NCBI GenBank assembly: GCA_900128585.1
Contig: LT642150.1
Span: 1 to 64,000, forward strand
Origin: Stramenopiles sp. TOSAG23-3
Taxonomy: Eukaryota
Length of the DNA: 64,000 bases
Direction of reading: 5' to 3'
The notes under the pieces are model-generated. The model made no database searches. It worked only from the letters and a program-made list of their open reading frames with translations, and was not told where the DNA came from. The position numbers were made by a program, and so were the translations under genes. Below, in pieces: positions 41,009 to 50,675 of this stretch (positions within the stretch are counted from its first letter, which is position 1; each line of letters starts with the position of its first letter).

Positions 41009-41623
41009 TTACAAATGTACAAAATAGTCGCTGCTCTTAGCTTTCGCATACTCTTCTCGATCCAAGAGCTCCTTTGAAAGCTTGATGTCTTGATTAATAG
41101 CCGATATCAAGTCCTCCATTGAGGTAAAGTCTAGCTCTGGACGGAGGTATCCGCACAGCACGACCCGTATGTAGTAGTCGTAAAAGTCTTGATGAAACTC
41201 GTGCATAACATACGGCTCAATTGTTTTCGTTTTGTTTTTAAAATATGGGTTCCACCCGATGCTGACGACTGTTTTGAACACTTTGCCCTCAAAATTCTCT
41301 TCTTCCTCCAAATCGTCGTCTGCAACGGGCACTTTTTTTCGCCATATTTGTGTCCACCCAAAATATATACCGGCATCGAGTTTTTCGACCACTTTAATTT
41401 GCTCCGGATTATCTGGGTTTTCCAGTGGTATATTTGCCGTTGGAATTCCTAGCAGCTTACTGCCTCTCTGGAACCCTTTCGACACTATGCCTCCCAGGCA
41501 AATATCACTGGGAAGCGACTGCAACCCCTCATAGCCCGCGGGTGGCGTAAAGGAGCTGCTTGCGACTTCACTATCACCAGTATCGGTCCCGTCTGCTACT
41601 ACAGGTTTGGTTTCTTCCGCCAT
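41009..41623 (-). CDS. RFK: Riboflavin kinase
   Basis: GFQRGSKLLGIPTAN, SIGWNPYF, EPY, YLRPELDF; first ATG at 41623. Confidence 0.95.
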   Translation of the reverse strand: MAEETKPVVADGTDTGDSEVASSSFTPPAGYEGLQSLPSDICLGGIVSKGFQRGSKLLGIPTANIPLENPDNPEQIKVVEKLDAGIYFGWTQIWRKKVPVADDDLEEEENFEGKVFKTVVSIGWNPYFKNKTKTIEPYVMHEFHQDFYDYYIRVVLCGYLRPELDFTSMEDLISAINQDIKLSKELLDREEYAKAKSSDYFVHL

Positions 41624-42402
41624 TAGAATGTACTTATAGAACAGATTGAAAACACGCAAGTCACTTTTTTTTCACGTAAATAGTATTGTTCAGCATAAAA
41701 GGAATTTGCATTTCCATTACCAGTTTGGAAAAGTAGTTACCTTCGACGACTATACATTGTGTCGAATCGTGGATAATCTGTTGTTTAATAATATAATTCG
41801 ATCCGTGATATTATATAATCTATTTTATTGTATACTACTTTTTTTCATAATAAATGTAAAAAATGGGAATTATTTGCAGTACTACAGACAATTAGGTAGT
41901 AGGGTGATTTTTAACAAATAATAATACAAGAAATAGCATAGTCTAATAAAAGTGTTTTTTTTTTATTTCACAAAATTTTTATGTGGATGATGATGCATCA
42001 ATTCGATAATATGAGAGTCGGTCGTGTCCACCACAAAAGAAAAAAAATCAAAAAAAGAAGAAGACGCAGCACGCACAGCAGAAAAGGAATTATTAATATT
42101 CTAGTCTAAGAAAAAGAGAAAATATTATATAAGAATTTGAAAGGGGAACACACAACAAACAACAACAGGGACTGAAGATGAGATAATTTTACGAGGCAAT
42201 ACGTTCGGTATTCATCCTCAACATATTATTTCTACTCTATCTGTATTACTCTGAAGACCCATGTGTGTTACCCCTGTACCTGTCCTTAATATTTTGTACC
42301 CCCGCCCCCGCTTATCTCGTACTCTTCCACTCCTTTCTCCAAAACTAAAAGAACAAATAATATATAAATTAAAACATTTTTCAAAATACAAGAGTGTACA
42401 CC

Positions 42403-44124
42403 TCATTCCAGCCCAGGTTTTGCATCGTCCAAGAAATCAAAGTCACTCTCAATCGTTTCATCGCACTGCAACATTTTGTTTTTTTCTGCAATAATGTCCC
42501 CAGCACTGCTTTTGTTGATGATTGATATGGTCTCGCGATCAACCAGAACGCAGGCGCAAGCAGCTTTTTGTGGGTTGACTCCGTGATCTTTGCTCGTACT
42601 GAACACAGTCAAGCACCTAGCATGTTTACATATTTTTACTCCCCGCTCACTAGCTTCATGGGCTCGAATGACCAGTTTCAGATTGGTCTCGCGTAAAAAT
42701 GAGTCTATTGCATTGTACCCGTAAACAACGCTAAACTCGCCTCGCCGCCCGGTCATAAACTCTTTGGCCGTTGCCATCAGCTCTTTCTCCTGCTCATCGG
42801 TGGCAGGATCTGCCCACAACAGATTGAATGCCATCCGTTGATGGTACTTCGTTAAGTCTTTCTGCGGCAGCTGCGCACAATGAAGATTTCCTGGCGTTGA
42901 CGCCGCCGCCGACGTAACGCCAGGCTCTACGCTGTCGACAGAACCTTCAAAACTGGTTTCTGGCAAAAACGGGATTGCCCCCGCCTCCTCGGACAGGGTT
43001 TCATCGTCGGATTCGTCGTAAAATGTTGAACTTGCTAAATCGTCTTCCTCAGAATCGTAATTGTAGTTCCCTGGAGACTGCACCAGAATTGGACAGGGAA
43101 TTGTATTGATTTGGTCCAGGCGATTCCCAGGAAGGTGTTCCCCCTCACTAGGAGGGATGCCGCCGTGGACGCAAAAGATCCCATCGTCGATTACAGCTGC
43201 GAAAGGCAAATGCTGAAACGTTCTATTAATTTCGAGGCAAAGCCTTGTCCCCTGCTGACGGCCGAACCTTTTCCAGCATTGAGCGAGAAAGGAGCGCCCT
43301 CTATACTGCTCGTGCCACGTGTTTATTTCCACCGTTTCGTGGTTGCCGCGAAGCATGAACAGTTTGTTTGGGTGTCGAATTTTTCTGGCAAACAAATACG
43401 CTACAACTTCGATGCCCCCGTAACCTCGGTCTACGTAATCTCCCATAAACAGCGCCTTATTTCCCGATAGGTGCATGCCAAGTGGCCAAAGTTTCGTCCC
43501 AAAGAATCGCAGGTCGTCCATATTTCCATGGATGTCGCCTAAGACATAGCATGGGGACGACAGCTTCAAAACTCGCGACTCCTTCTGCAGCAGCAAGCTC
43601 GTCTGGCGACAGATAGTGACAAAATTATCAACGAAATCAGTCGCGTTCAAAAACTCGCAACGCCACTGTTTGGTGTTTTGGGTCTCAGAAATTATTTTTT
43701 CTACTAGATGAGTGGTGGAAGGTGACATTGGACGCAATCGAATGGACTCGTCGCGATTCGCTTCAGCCTGCTTGTCAAGCTCTTCTACGGTGTTTATTGA
43801 TGCGAGCCGCTTCAAACTCCAGGTTTTTACCCCCTCGATTTCGTCGTTCAAAGTAAACACCGAGCTCACGATCCGTTTGTTCTTTTTTGGCAACGTCTCT
43901 CGCAATTTTTCTTTCAACTTATCGACTTCCGCACGAAGCCTGTGGTTCTCTTGGATGATTTTTGGGTATATTATTTGTTCATCGTCTTCACTAGTTTTCC
44001 TCTTCTTATTCTGGACGTTTAAGAGACTGTTTGACAACAGCAACTCCGACCTGCTCAGCTGTGCCCCTGATTCTTGAGGGGCGCTGGTAGATTTCTCAAT
44101 ATCTGCGGAAGCAATTGAAGCCAT
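42403..44124 (-). CDS. PPP-family Ser/Thr phosphatase, divergent
   Basis: GDIHG, GDYVDRG, RGNHE, HGG, LLWADP and RAHE. It has an N-terminal coiled coil and an acidic insert, and TVFSTSKDH replaces SAxNY. Confidence 0.9.
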   Translation of the reverse strand: MASIASADIEKSTSAPQESGAQLSRSELLLSNSLLNVQNKKRKTSEDDEQIIYPKIIQENHRLRAEVDKLKEKLRETLPKKNKRIVSSVFTLNDEIEGVKTWSLKRLASINTVEELDKQAEANRDESIRLRPMSPSTTHLVEKIISETQNTKQWRCEFLNATDFVDNFVTICRQTSLLLQKESRVLKLSSPCYVLGDIHGNMDDLRFFGTKLWPLGMHLSGNKALFMGDYVDRGYGGIEVVAYLFARKIRHPNKLFMLRGNHETVEINTWHEQYRGRSFLAQCWKRFGRQQGTRLCLEINRTFQHLPFAAVIDDGIFCVHGGIPPSEGEHLPGNRLDQINTIPCPILVQSPGNYNYDSEEDDLASSTFYDESDDETLSEEAGAIPFLPETSFEGSVDSVEPGVTSAAASTPGNLHCAQLPQKDLTKYHQRMAFNLLWADPATDEQEKELMATAKEFMTGRRGEFSVVYGYNAIDSFLRETNLKLVIRAHEASERGVKICKHARCLTVFSTSKDHGVNPQKAACACVLVDRETISIINKSSAGDIIAEKNKMLQCDETIESDFDFLDDAKPGLE

Positions 44125-44711
44125 TGCGCAAATAATTTGCGCGAAACTTTGTAAGGTAGGTCGGGGTTATTTGCATTTATCTTCCTTTCCCTTGATACCA
44201 TATATACTTACGTTTTCCAACAGTATCGTTTATAAAAGACAAATGCTGTACATACATCTGAAACCAACTAATCTGTACCTTCCCCCCCCCCCTTTTTTTT
44301 TTATTATATATTATTTTTTTAGAGTAATAGAAGTCATTTTAATCGGACAGTGTGGAGGGAAAAAAAAAAACTCAAATGTCATTTTTCTTCCTTTTTTTGT
44401 TATTTTGCCTGCTATTTACCTTGTGCAACTTTGTGTTTTACGTACTTGTAAATCTATCTACACTACTAATATATCAAAGTGTTCCCCGTAAAAACGTCAC
44501 TTTCGTTAATATTTTAAGAGATAATACAAGTACACATTACCTATATAACGGGTTTCTCACGTTTTTTTGTAAAAATTGTTGATTTTTTACATGAACCATT
44601 ATTTACGTTATATAGGCATTCATCAAAAGACGAGTTTAATAGACGACTATAATAAGTACAACTAACGAAAGCTTGTAATTTAAGAGAAGCAAACCAACTC
44701 TAAAACGCACA

Positions 44712-45737
44712 TCACATAGTTTTAACTCCTGGCAACACACACAGCATTTCGTACAAAAGATTGGATGCTGTTAAGGCTGTTGTTCCAGTCATATCATAAG
44801 GCGGTGAAACTTCAACTAAATCACAGCCGACGATATTTAACCCGCGCAAACCACGGATCGCCTCGAAAGCTTGAAAAACGGTCAATCCACCGCATTCCAG
44901 TGTTCCGGTACCAGGAGCAAAAGATGGATCAAGGCTGTCAATGTCAAAACTTAGGTAAATGGGTCTGTTCCCCATGGTCTTCCTTACTTTCCCCATTAAA
45001 TTTACTAGGCTTTTGTGCCAAATTTCTTCTGCAGTTACTACATTAAAGCCCTGGTCACGGCACCAGTCGAAATCTTCCGCCGCGTACCCAGTACCACGCA
45101 ACCCAATCTGATAAACACGATCACAGTCTAACAAGCCCTCTTCCACGGCCCTTCGAAATGGGGTTCCATGAGCAATCTTTTCTCCAAACATTTCGTCGTT
45201 AACATCAGCGTGCGCATCAATATGAACGAGGCCTACCGGCCCATGCTGCTGCGCCATTGCACGCAATATTGGCAAGACGATCGTGTGATCCCCACCTATA
45301 GTAAGAGGTATTACGCTCTTCGAAACAATATTTTCAGTGTAAAAATTCGATATTATGTCCACGCTTTTCTTCAGATCAAACGTATTTATAGGCACATCTC
45401 CAATATCGCCCACTTGGAGTGAGTCAAATGGCGCTGCACGGGTGGCCATATTGTACGGTCGCATCATTACGGATTCTGCCCTCACCTGCCGAGGACCAAA
45501 GCGACACCCGGGGCGCAACGAGGTTCCGATATCCATAGGGACGCCAACAAAGCAAGCATCTAGGTCATTTACGCCAGATAACGGGACTGCTGGAAGTCTC
45601 ATAAACGTCCCCAGCGCTTCTGCTGTACTACCGGCACGTGGCATCGCATTTCCTGACAACGGCGCATTAAATGTCGAGAAAGACACCCTCCCAGCGCAAG
45701 AGTTGAGGCTGAAGCGGCAAACGCGCGAGCACAACAT
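44712..45737 (-). CDS. AGMAT: Ureohydrolase of the AGMAT/guanidinobutyrase (GbuA) clade, probably mitochondrial
   Basis: PLSGNAMPR..FMRLP, GGDHT, DAHAD, HGTPFRRA and SFDIDSLDP; Arg/Ser-rich transit-like N-terminus from ATG 45737. Confidence 0.9.
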   Translation of the reverse strand: MLCSRVCRFSLNSCAGRVSFSTFNAPLSGNAMPRAGSTAEALGTFMRLPAVPLSGVNDLDACFVGVPMDIGTSLRPGCRFGPRQVRAESVMMRPYNMATRAAPFDSLQVGDIGDVPINTFDLKKSVDIISNFYTENIVSKSVIPLTIGGDHTIVLPILRAMAQQHGPVGLVHIDAHADVNDEMFGEKIAHGTPFRRAVEEGLLDCDRVYQIGLRGTGYAAEDFDWCRDQGFNVVTAEEIWHKSLVNLMGKVRKTMGNRPIYLSFDIDSLDPSFAPGTGTLECGGLTVFQAFEAIRGLRGLNIVGCDLVEVSPPYDMTGTTALTASNLLYEMLCVLPGVKTM

Positions 45738-46365
45738 CGCTACTGACGAGTTTTCTAGTTGACTGCACACAGCGGGCTGATACTCGGGCAAGTATATCAA
45801 ATTTTGATTTTCTTATCCTATCCTTCCGTAAGCGAATCCTTTGTTCGATCTTCAGTTCTTAAGTGGGGTACGTGCATACATACCTATACATGTAAGTCAC
45901 GACGGGCACCCCTCCGTAAAATGCCAGCTCTGAAGGGGGCTTCTCCTCTATTAAAAATCACACTGAATGGTGGTGCTGAAAAAACACTGCTGAACACTGA
46001 GCGAGAGAGTCAGTCCGCTCCTCCTCCTCCTCCATCAATATTATTATTATTATTTAGAACGACTATCATCATTCCGGTGATGATGATGATGATGATATAT
46101 CCCCATTAATATTATTATATTATTGACATTATCCTTCCTTTTTTTTCTTCTTCTGTTTTCTTCTTTCTCTTCTATCTTCTTCTTCTTCATTTCTTTTCAA
46201 CCGAGCCACCAAAAATATTAGAATACGAGTTAATAATATAGACTTCGAGCTGCTCCCACACCACGCCATCACATTTAAAAGTTGATGTCGGTCGTTGAAA
46301 GGTCTTCTTTATCTTTCTACATATTCACAACTTCGTTCTATAATTGTTCTTATTCTGCCGACAAA

Positions 46366-47973
46366 ATGTGGGGCGCTCTTGTTATCTTGTGTGTGGGTTT
46401 GGCCGTACACGTCCGCGGGGAAATCGCCGGGTCGCGTGTTTGTGAAATTAAACAAGTGCGTGCCGACGTCGTTATTGTTGGTGCTGGGTATGCTGGGCTT
46501 TCTGCTGCCAGGAAGTTAGTTGCAAATAATATGTCCGTAGTGGTTCTGGAAGCGTCCAACGCTACGGGTGGGCGCACAAAAAACTATTGCCTTAAGAGTC
46601 ACTGCCCAGACGTGGAGTCCGACTATGTTGTGGAACTCGGGGGGCAGTGGATAGGGAACAGTACCGTTCAACCACATAGCTGGGAATTAATTGTAGAAGA
46701 TTTGGGTTTTGAAGTCTTTTCTGGCAGCTACACGCCCCCCAATGCGTCAAAAGTAACAGCTATGTCAACCCTTTACGCTACCACAGGCGTGCACAAATTT
46801 ACAACGCTGGAGGACGCTTTTCATAAACTTCCAAAGAATGTTCAAGCCGAGTTGAAGAGGGCGTGGGACGAGCTGGATTCGTACGCGGCTACAATCGATT
46901 TGGAACACCCCTATTTGAATGAGAATGCCCGGGCATGGGATTCAAAAACGTTTACGTCTTGGATAAACGAGACGGTGCAGTTACAAGAGAGCCGAACGGT
47001 GCTAAACGTTCTTTGTACAACCATGATAGCTCAGAGTCCGGACGTGGTATCCTTCTTGCACATTGTATTTTACATCAGGGCTGCCGATGGGATGAAAAAT
47101 CTTGTGGTGAACGAACAGCAGTACCGTGTGAGAGGGGGAACGCAAGCCCCCACATTTCAAATGGCGAAAGAATTGGGAAGCGATCGTGTGCTCCTCAGCA
47201 CCCCCGTTCGCCGTATAGCGCTGGGCAACAGTGATACAGACGTGGAAACCGACTGCGGTGAAGGCGCCCTGCCCATTACGGTGAGCGCCGACGATGGGGA
47301 CAGTGGAAATCGGGCGGTAGAAGTAAGGGCCCGGTATGCTATTGTAACCGGTGCCCCGCCTACCACCGGGAAAGGTATCGTATTTTGGCCGCCGTTGCCA
47401 TTTGAAAAGGATCAACTCTTTCAGCGAATGCCGATGGGAAATTCGGTAAAGGCGCAGCTCATATACCCCCACCCATTCTGGAGAAAGAAGGGCCACACTG
47501 GAACAATTTTGGCGTCGACGCCCCCCTTTGGCAAAAATGATTACTTGCTATCAAATTGCTTCGATAACACACCGTATGCCGGGTCTCCAGGAGTCTTGCT
47601 GTGTTTTGTCGAAGGTGAAACAAGCACCCAGATGATGAGACTCACGCACGAGGAGCGCGTCAAATTCATTGCCAACTGGCTTTCCAAAACGCTTGGAGAC
47701 GAGGCGAAAAACTCGTCATTAATTTTGAATTTGCTTGATTTCAACTGGGCAGCCCAGCCTTACATCGGCGGAGCATACACATCGTATTTGCCACCAGGGG
47801 CATGGACGTCGGTAGGGCACACTCTACGCGAACCTGTACAAAACATGTTATATTGGGCAGGGGCAGAGTATGCAAAAGACGGGTTTGGCTACATAAACGG
47901 TGCCATCCAGAGCGCTGGGGCCGTTGTTCAGGATATTCTGGCGTCAGTGAAAGAGGGCCGCTCACGATGTTAG
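46366..47973 (+). CDS. Flavin monoamine oxidase family protein with signal peptide
   Basis: MWGALVILCVGLAVHVRG signal, VVIVGAGYAGLSAA FAD motif, GGRT, ELGGQWIG, GGAY and GYINGA. Confidence 0.9.
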   Translation: MWGALVILCVGLAVHVRGEIAGSRVCEIKQVRADVVIVGAGYAGLSAARKLVANNMSVVVLEASNATGGRTKNYCLKSHCPDVESDYVVELGGQWIGNSTVQPHSWELIVEDLGFEVFSGSYTPPNASKVTAMSTLYATTGVHKFTTLEDAFHKLPKNVQAELKRAWDELDSYAATIDLEHPYLNENARAWDSKTFTSWINETVQLQESRTVLNVLCTTMIAQSPDVVSFLHIVFYIRAADGMKNLVVNEQQYRVRGGTQAPTFQMAKELGSDRVLLSTPVRRIALGNSDTDVETDCGEGALPITVSADDGDSGNRAVEVRARYAIVTGAPPTTGKGIVFWPPLPFEKDQLFQRMPMGNSVKAQLIYPHPFWRKKGHTGTILASTPPFGKNDYLLSNCFDNTPYAGSPGVLLCFVEGETSTQMMRLTHEERVKFIANWLSKTLGDEAKNSSLILNLLDFNWAAQPYIGGAYTSYLPPGAWTSVGHTLREPVQNMLYWAGAEYAKDGFGYINGAIQSAGAVVQDILASVKEGRSRC

Positions 47974-48024
47974 AGCAGGCGGGGATTCGGATGGAGACGA
48001 GAGTGTTTGGATGAGATAAACACA

Positions 48025-48069
48025 CATATGATAAGAAAAACAAATTATATATCTAGTTAGGATTAGGGT
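48025..48069. repeat. Dispersed AT-rich repeat, copy B (rearranged fragment)
   Basis: CATATG..AAAAACAAATTATATA head, followed by TTAGGATTAGGGT, the reverse complement of the copy A tail ACCCTAATCCTAA. Confidence 0.6.
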
Positions 48070-48401
48070 ATGAGGACGCTAAATTTAATTACTTAAATAA
48101 CACAGCCAATTTTCTTGTTTATATGATATAAGATATTTTTGTTTTTTTACTTTTTTTTACCGTACACTGTACGAGGTACGGTTCTCCGTACTTTTAGCTA
48201 ACGATGGCCCCGGAAATCATCAAAATGTTTCGGGGAGAAAACCGACAACGCAGAAGCGGGGTCTTTTTCGTTTGGAACGTCTTTAAAAGCGGCCGGTATT
48301 CCTCTACATTATGTGTGTGATAAAAAAAAAAGCTTTAGGTGTGTGTGATAAATATTGTCCATTTCAAAATGTTTCTTGGCAAAATCTTTCCAAGCGGACC
48401 T

Positions 48402-49049
48402 TCACCACTTGAACATTTGGCCATCTACAGGCAGGTGAGCACTGTCCGCGATATGTTTACATGTGGTTGATAGAGTATGTGTAGTCGGCGTCCCGTTGCA
48501 ACCTTTGCTGTTCTCATCATATGCCGCATATTCCACGTAATTATTTTCAAGGCAAACGAATTTTGTGTTTGCACTCGTGCAATCGTCTTGGCCGAGGATC
48601 ATTGGCACCACGTTGTCAGAGCAATCGGACGTCGTATGCGGTTCGTAAATCACCACCTTGTGGTTTGTGGGCCCAACGGTGTACCTTGTTGACCGATCGC
48701 CTTGGGTTATGCATTCAGCACCATTGTGCAACATTGTCGTAACAGTTTCTTGCTCGCACGCGTCGTCTGGATACAGCTCCATTTTTATGCTTGTCCCTTG
48801 AACAATATACTTTTGGTTGCTTTCACATGTATCAACCTTTGCGTACGTCGGGGTACTGACATCGCCAGTGCAATCGCTAGTTTCGAACCTTTCAATTTTG
48901 ATATGAGAATCCCACGACTCACAGTGTGCCCTGGCGTACAAAAGGTCGGGGGAAGTGATTGCTGCTGGATCACTTGAAGCTGTGCTTTCAGTGGTTTGTA
49001 CCATGGTACAGAGTATCAACAGAATAACGGAAACGGCTTTGGCCCGCAT
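48402..49049 (-). CDS. Secreted Cys-patterned protein with internal duplication
   Basis: Signal peptide MRAKAVSVILLILCTMVQTTES; repeated (F/Y)xxxxC-x-G...C units (ETSDCTG, PDDAC, TTSDCSD, SKGCNG). Confidence 0.8.
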   Translation of the reverse strand: MRAKAVSVILLILCTMVQTTESTASSDPAAITSPDLLYARAHCESWDSHIKIERFETSDCTGDVSTPTYAKVDTCESNQKYIVQGTSIKMELYPDDACEQETVTTMLHNGAECITQGDRSTRYTVGPTNHKVVIYEPHTTSDCSDNVVPMILGQDDCTSANTKFVCLENNYVEYAAYDENSKGCNGTPTTHTLSTTCKHIADSAHLPVDGQMFKW

Positions 49050-49823
49050 CCTGAACCAGTAGAAAATAATTAAATTTATTTAGAGGAGCTTGTGTACGAT
49101 CAATGTACAAAATTAAAAGAACGCCCTAACCCCTAAACGTTTTGTGTTTTTGTTTCCTTTATTTTATCTGTCACATAATGGAAACGTTTCTCCTCTCGAC
49201 GTGTATTATAATAATGACATTCAAGTATTTTTTTCTTCTTATTTTTTTATTTTGTTTATTTTTATCATATAAAGCTATAAGTACTACCAATAATAATTCT
49301 TCTCTCGCTCCTCAGTCGCCGCCGCCACCATATTAAATAATATTTACTGGAATAAATTATGCTGTGTATGTACTACGTAGTCGTCTAATTACTTATTACT
49401 ATATAATATTATTTTAAAATTATATAAATAAATATCATAATGGAATATGTAACGAATCCATCAAAAATATAATTAAAACGAACGAGTAATATTCGGAACG
49501 TAATAGCATCAACAACAAAAACAAAAGAAAGAACAACATCATCACATCGATCACATATTTTTAATAATTTAATTTTTATTTTAATAATCATAATTTTTCT
49601 TCTTCTCTCCTCTTCTTCGTTCTTTCTTATGTTTTATCATCATCGTGAATGAGTAATAACAATTATACATTAGAGATAAGGATCAAGGTTCTTTTAATTT
49701 TCCATAAATGCGCAGAAATTTTGCCCACGGTGCTTTCTTCGTGTGTTTGGTTTCAGGCAGCAAATGTTGATAAATATATAGGAGCGCTAGTCGAAACCAA
49801 GAAAATAAGCCTGCAGGAGGGGT

Positions 49824-50354
49824 ATGGGGGGCAAATCTACAAAGCACTCCAATGTCCTCATGCTGGGGCTTAGTAACTCTGGGAAGACGACGCTTCTTTA
49901 CAGAATGAAATTGAATGATGTTGGGGCTCAGTTTAGCGAAACGCAGGGGTTCAATTACGAATTGGTTCCTGTACAAAATCTTAGATTGCACGTTTGGGAT
50001 TTGGCGGGAAAGGAGGAGTTAAAACCATTCTGGAAGCTTTACTACGACAGCATGAGGGTCTCCGTTTTTGTATTCGTCGTTCGCCTAGAGGATCGAGACA
50101 AAGTCGCAGAGGCGGCAAAAACATACCGTTTCCTTTCTAATGAAGACACCATGCGACAATCTTACAAATTGCTAGTTTGCAATTATGACACTAACCAGTA
50201 CATCCCCGATGGAAGGGTGTACCCTTCCCCAGAAGAGATTTCCAGTTTGTTTAAATGCCCTGTTGACGGGAAACACGAGAAAATAATCTTTTTGAATGCA
50301 TTCAAGGGAAATGGTTTTGATAGTTTGTACGAGGCGATCGACCATTACTATTAA
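49824..50354 (+). CDS. ARF-like small GTPase with degenerate G3/G4 motifs
   Basis: MG start (myristoylation), GLSNSGKTT, ETQGFN, WDLAGK, W..YY, CNYD and NAFKGNG. Confidence 0.88.
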   Translation: MGGKSTKHSNVLMLGLSNSGKTTLLYRMKLNDVGAQFSETQGFNYELVPVQNLRLHVWDLAGKEELKPFWKLYYDSMRVSVFVFVVRLEDRDKVAEAAKTYRFLSNEDTMRQSYKLLVCNYDTNQYIPDGRVYPSPEEISSLFKCPVDGKHEKIIFLNAFKGNGFDSLYEAIDHYY

Positions 50355-50430
50355 AAAAACAAATTATATAGTATATTTTTAAGACTCTCATTTTATACCA
50401 ATTGCGATTTCAGTTTCAACCCTAAACCTA
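50355..50430 (+). repeat. Dispersed AT-rich repeat, copy C
   Basis: AAAAAACAAATTATATAGTAT-ATTTTTAAGACTCTCATTTTA...CAACCCTAAACCTA, starting directly at the ARL stop codon. Confidence 0.8.
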
Positions 50431-50675
50431 GGCTTGATATTTTAATTTGATTTTTTTAATCCCTGAGGAACAATTTAATATTCCAATGAACAATTGCAAG
50501 GGTGATAGTATTTCTTTTCTTGTGTTAAAAGGTGATTATCATACTATTCATATTAAATTTGTGAGTGGGTAATTCATATAACTTCGGTAAAATTAAACAT
50601 GAAAAGTTTTACACGCTCTAACCCCAACCGGCAAAACACCTGCAACTGCGCTGATACCCCCCATTCTAAGAGTTT

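Noticed and set aside
21835-41623. dUTPase, kinesin-6, MTD1, RAD50 and RFK as a functional cluster or viral insert
   Set aside because: All look like ordinary cellular eukaryotic orthologues interspersed with unrelated genes; no capsid, packaging ATPase, integrase or compositional shift.
48196-48404. Possible intron (GTGAAG...TAG) or UGA-selenocysteine readthrough extending the secreted protein
   Set aside because: The donor site is weak, none of the downstream frames gives a convincing continuation or GPI signal, and I could not build a proper SECIS core from the nearby hairpin.
49124-49137. CCCTAACCCCTAAA telomere-like sequence (isolated TTAGGG also at about 1532, 9142 and 58390)
   Set aside because: At most two degenerate units with genes on both sides, so not a chromosome end, and too short to call a telo-box confidently.
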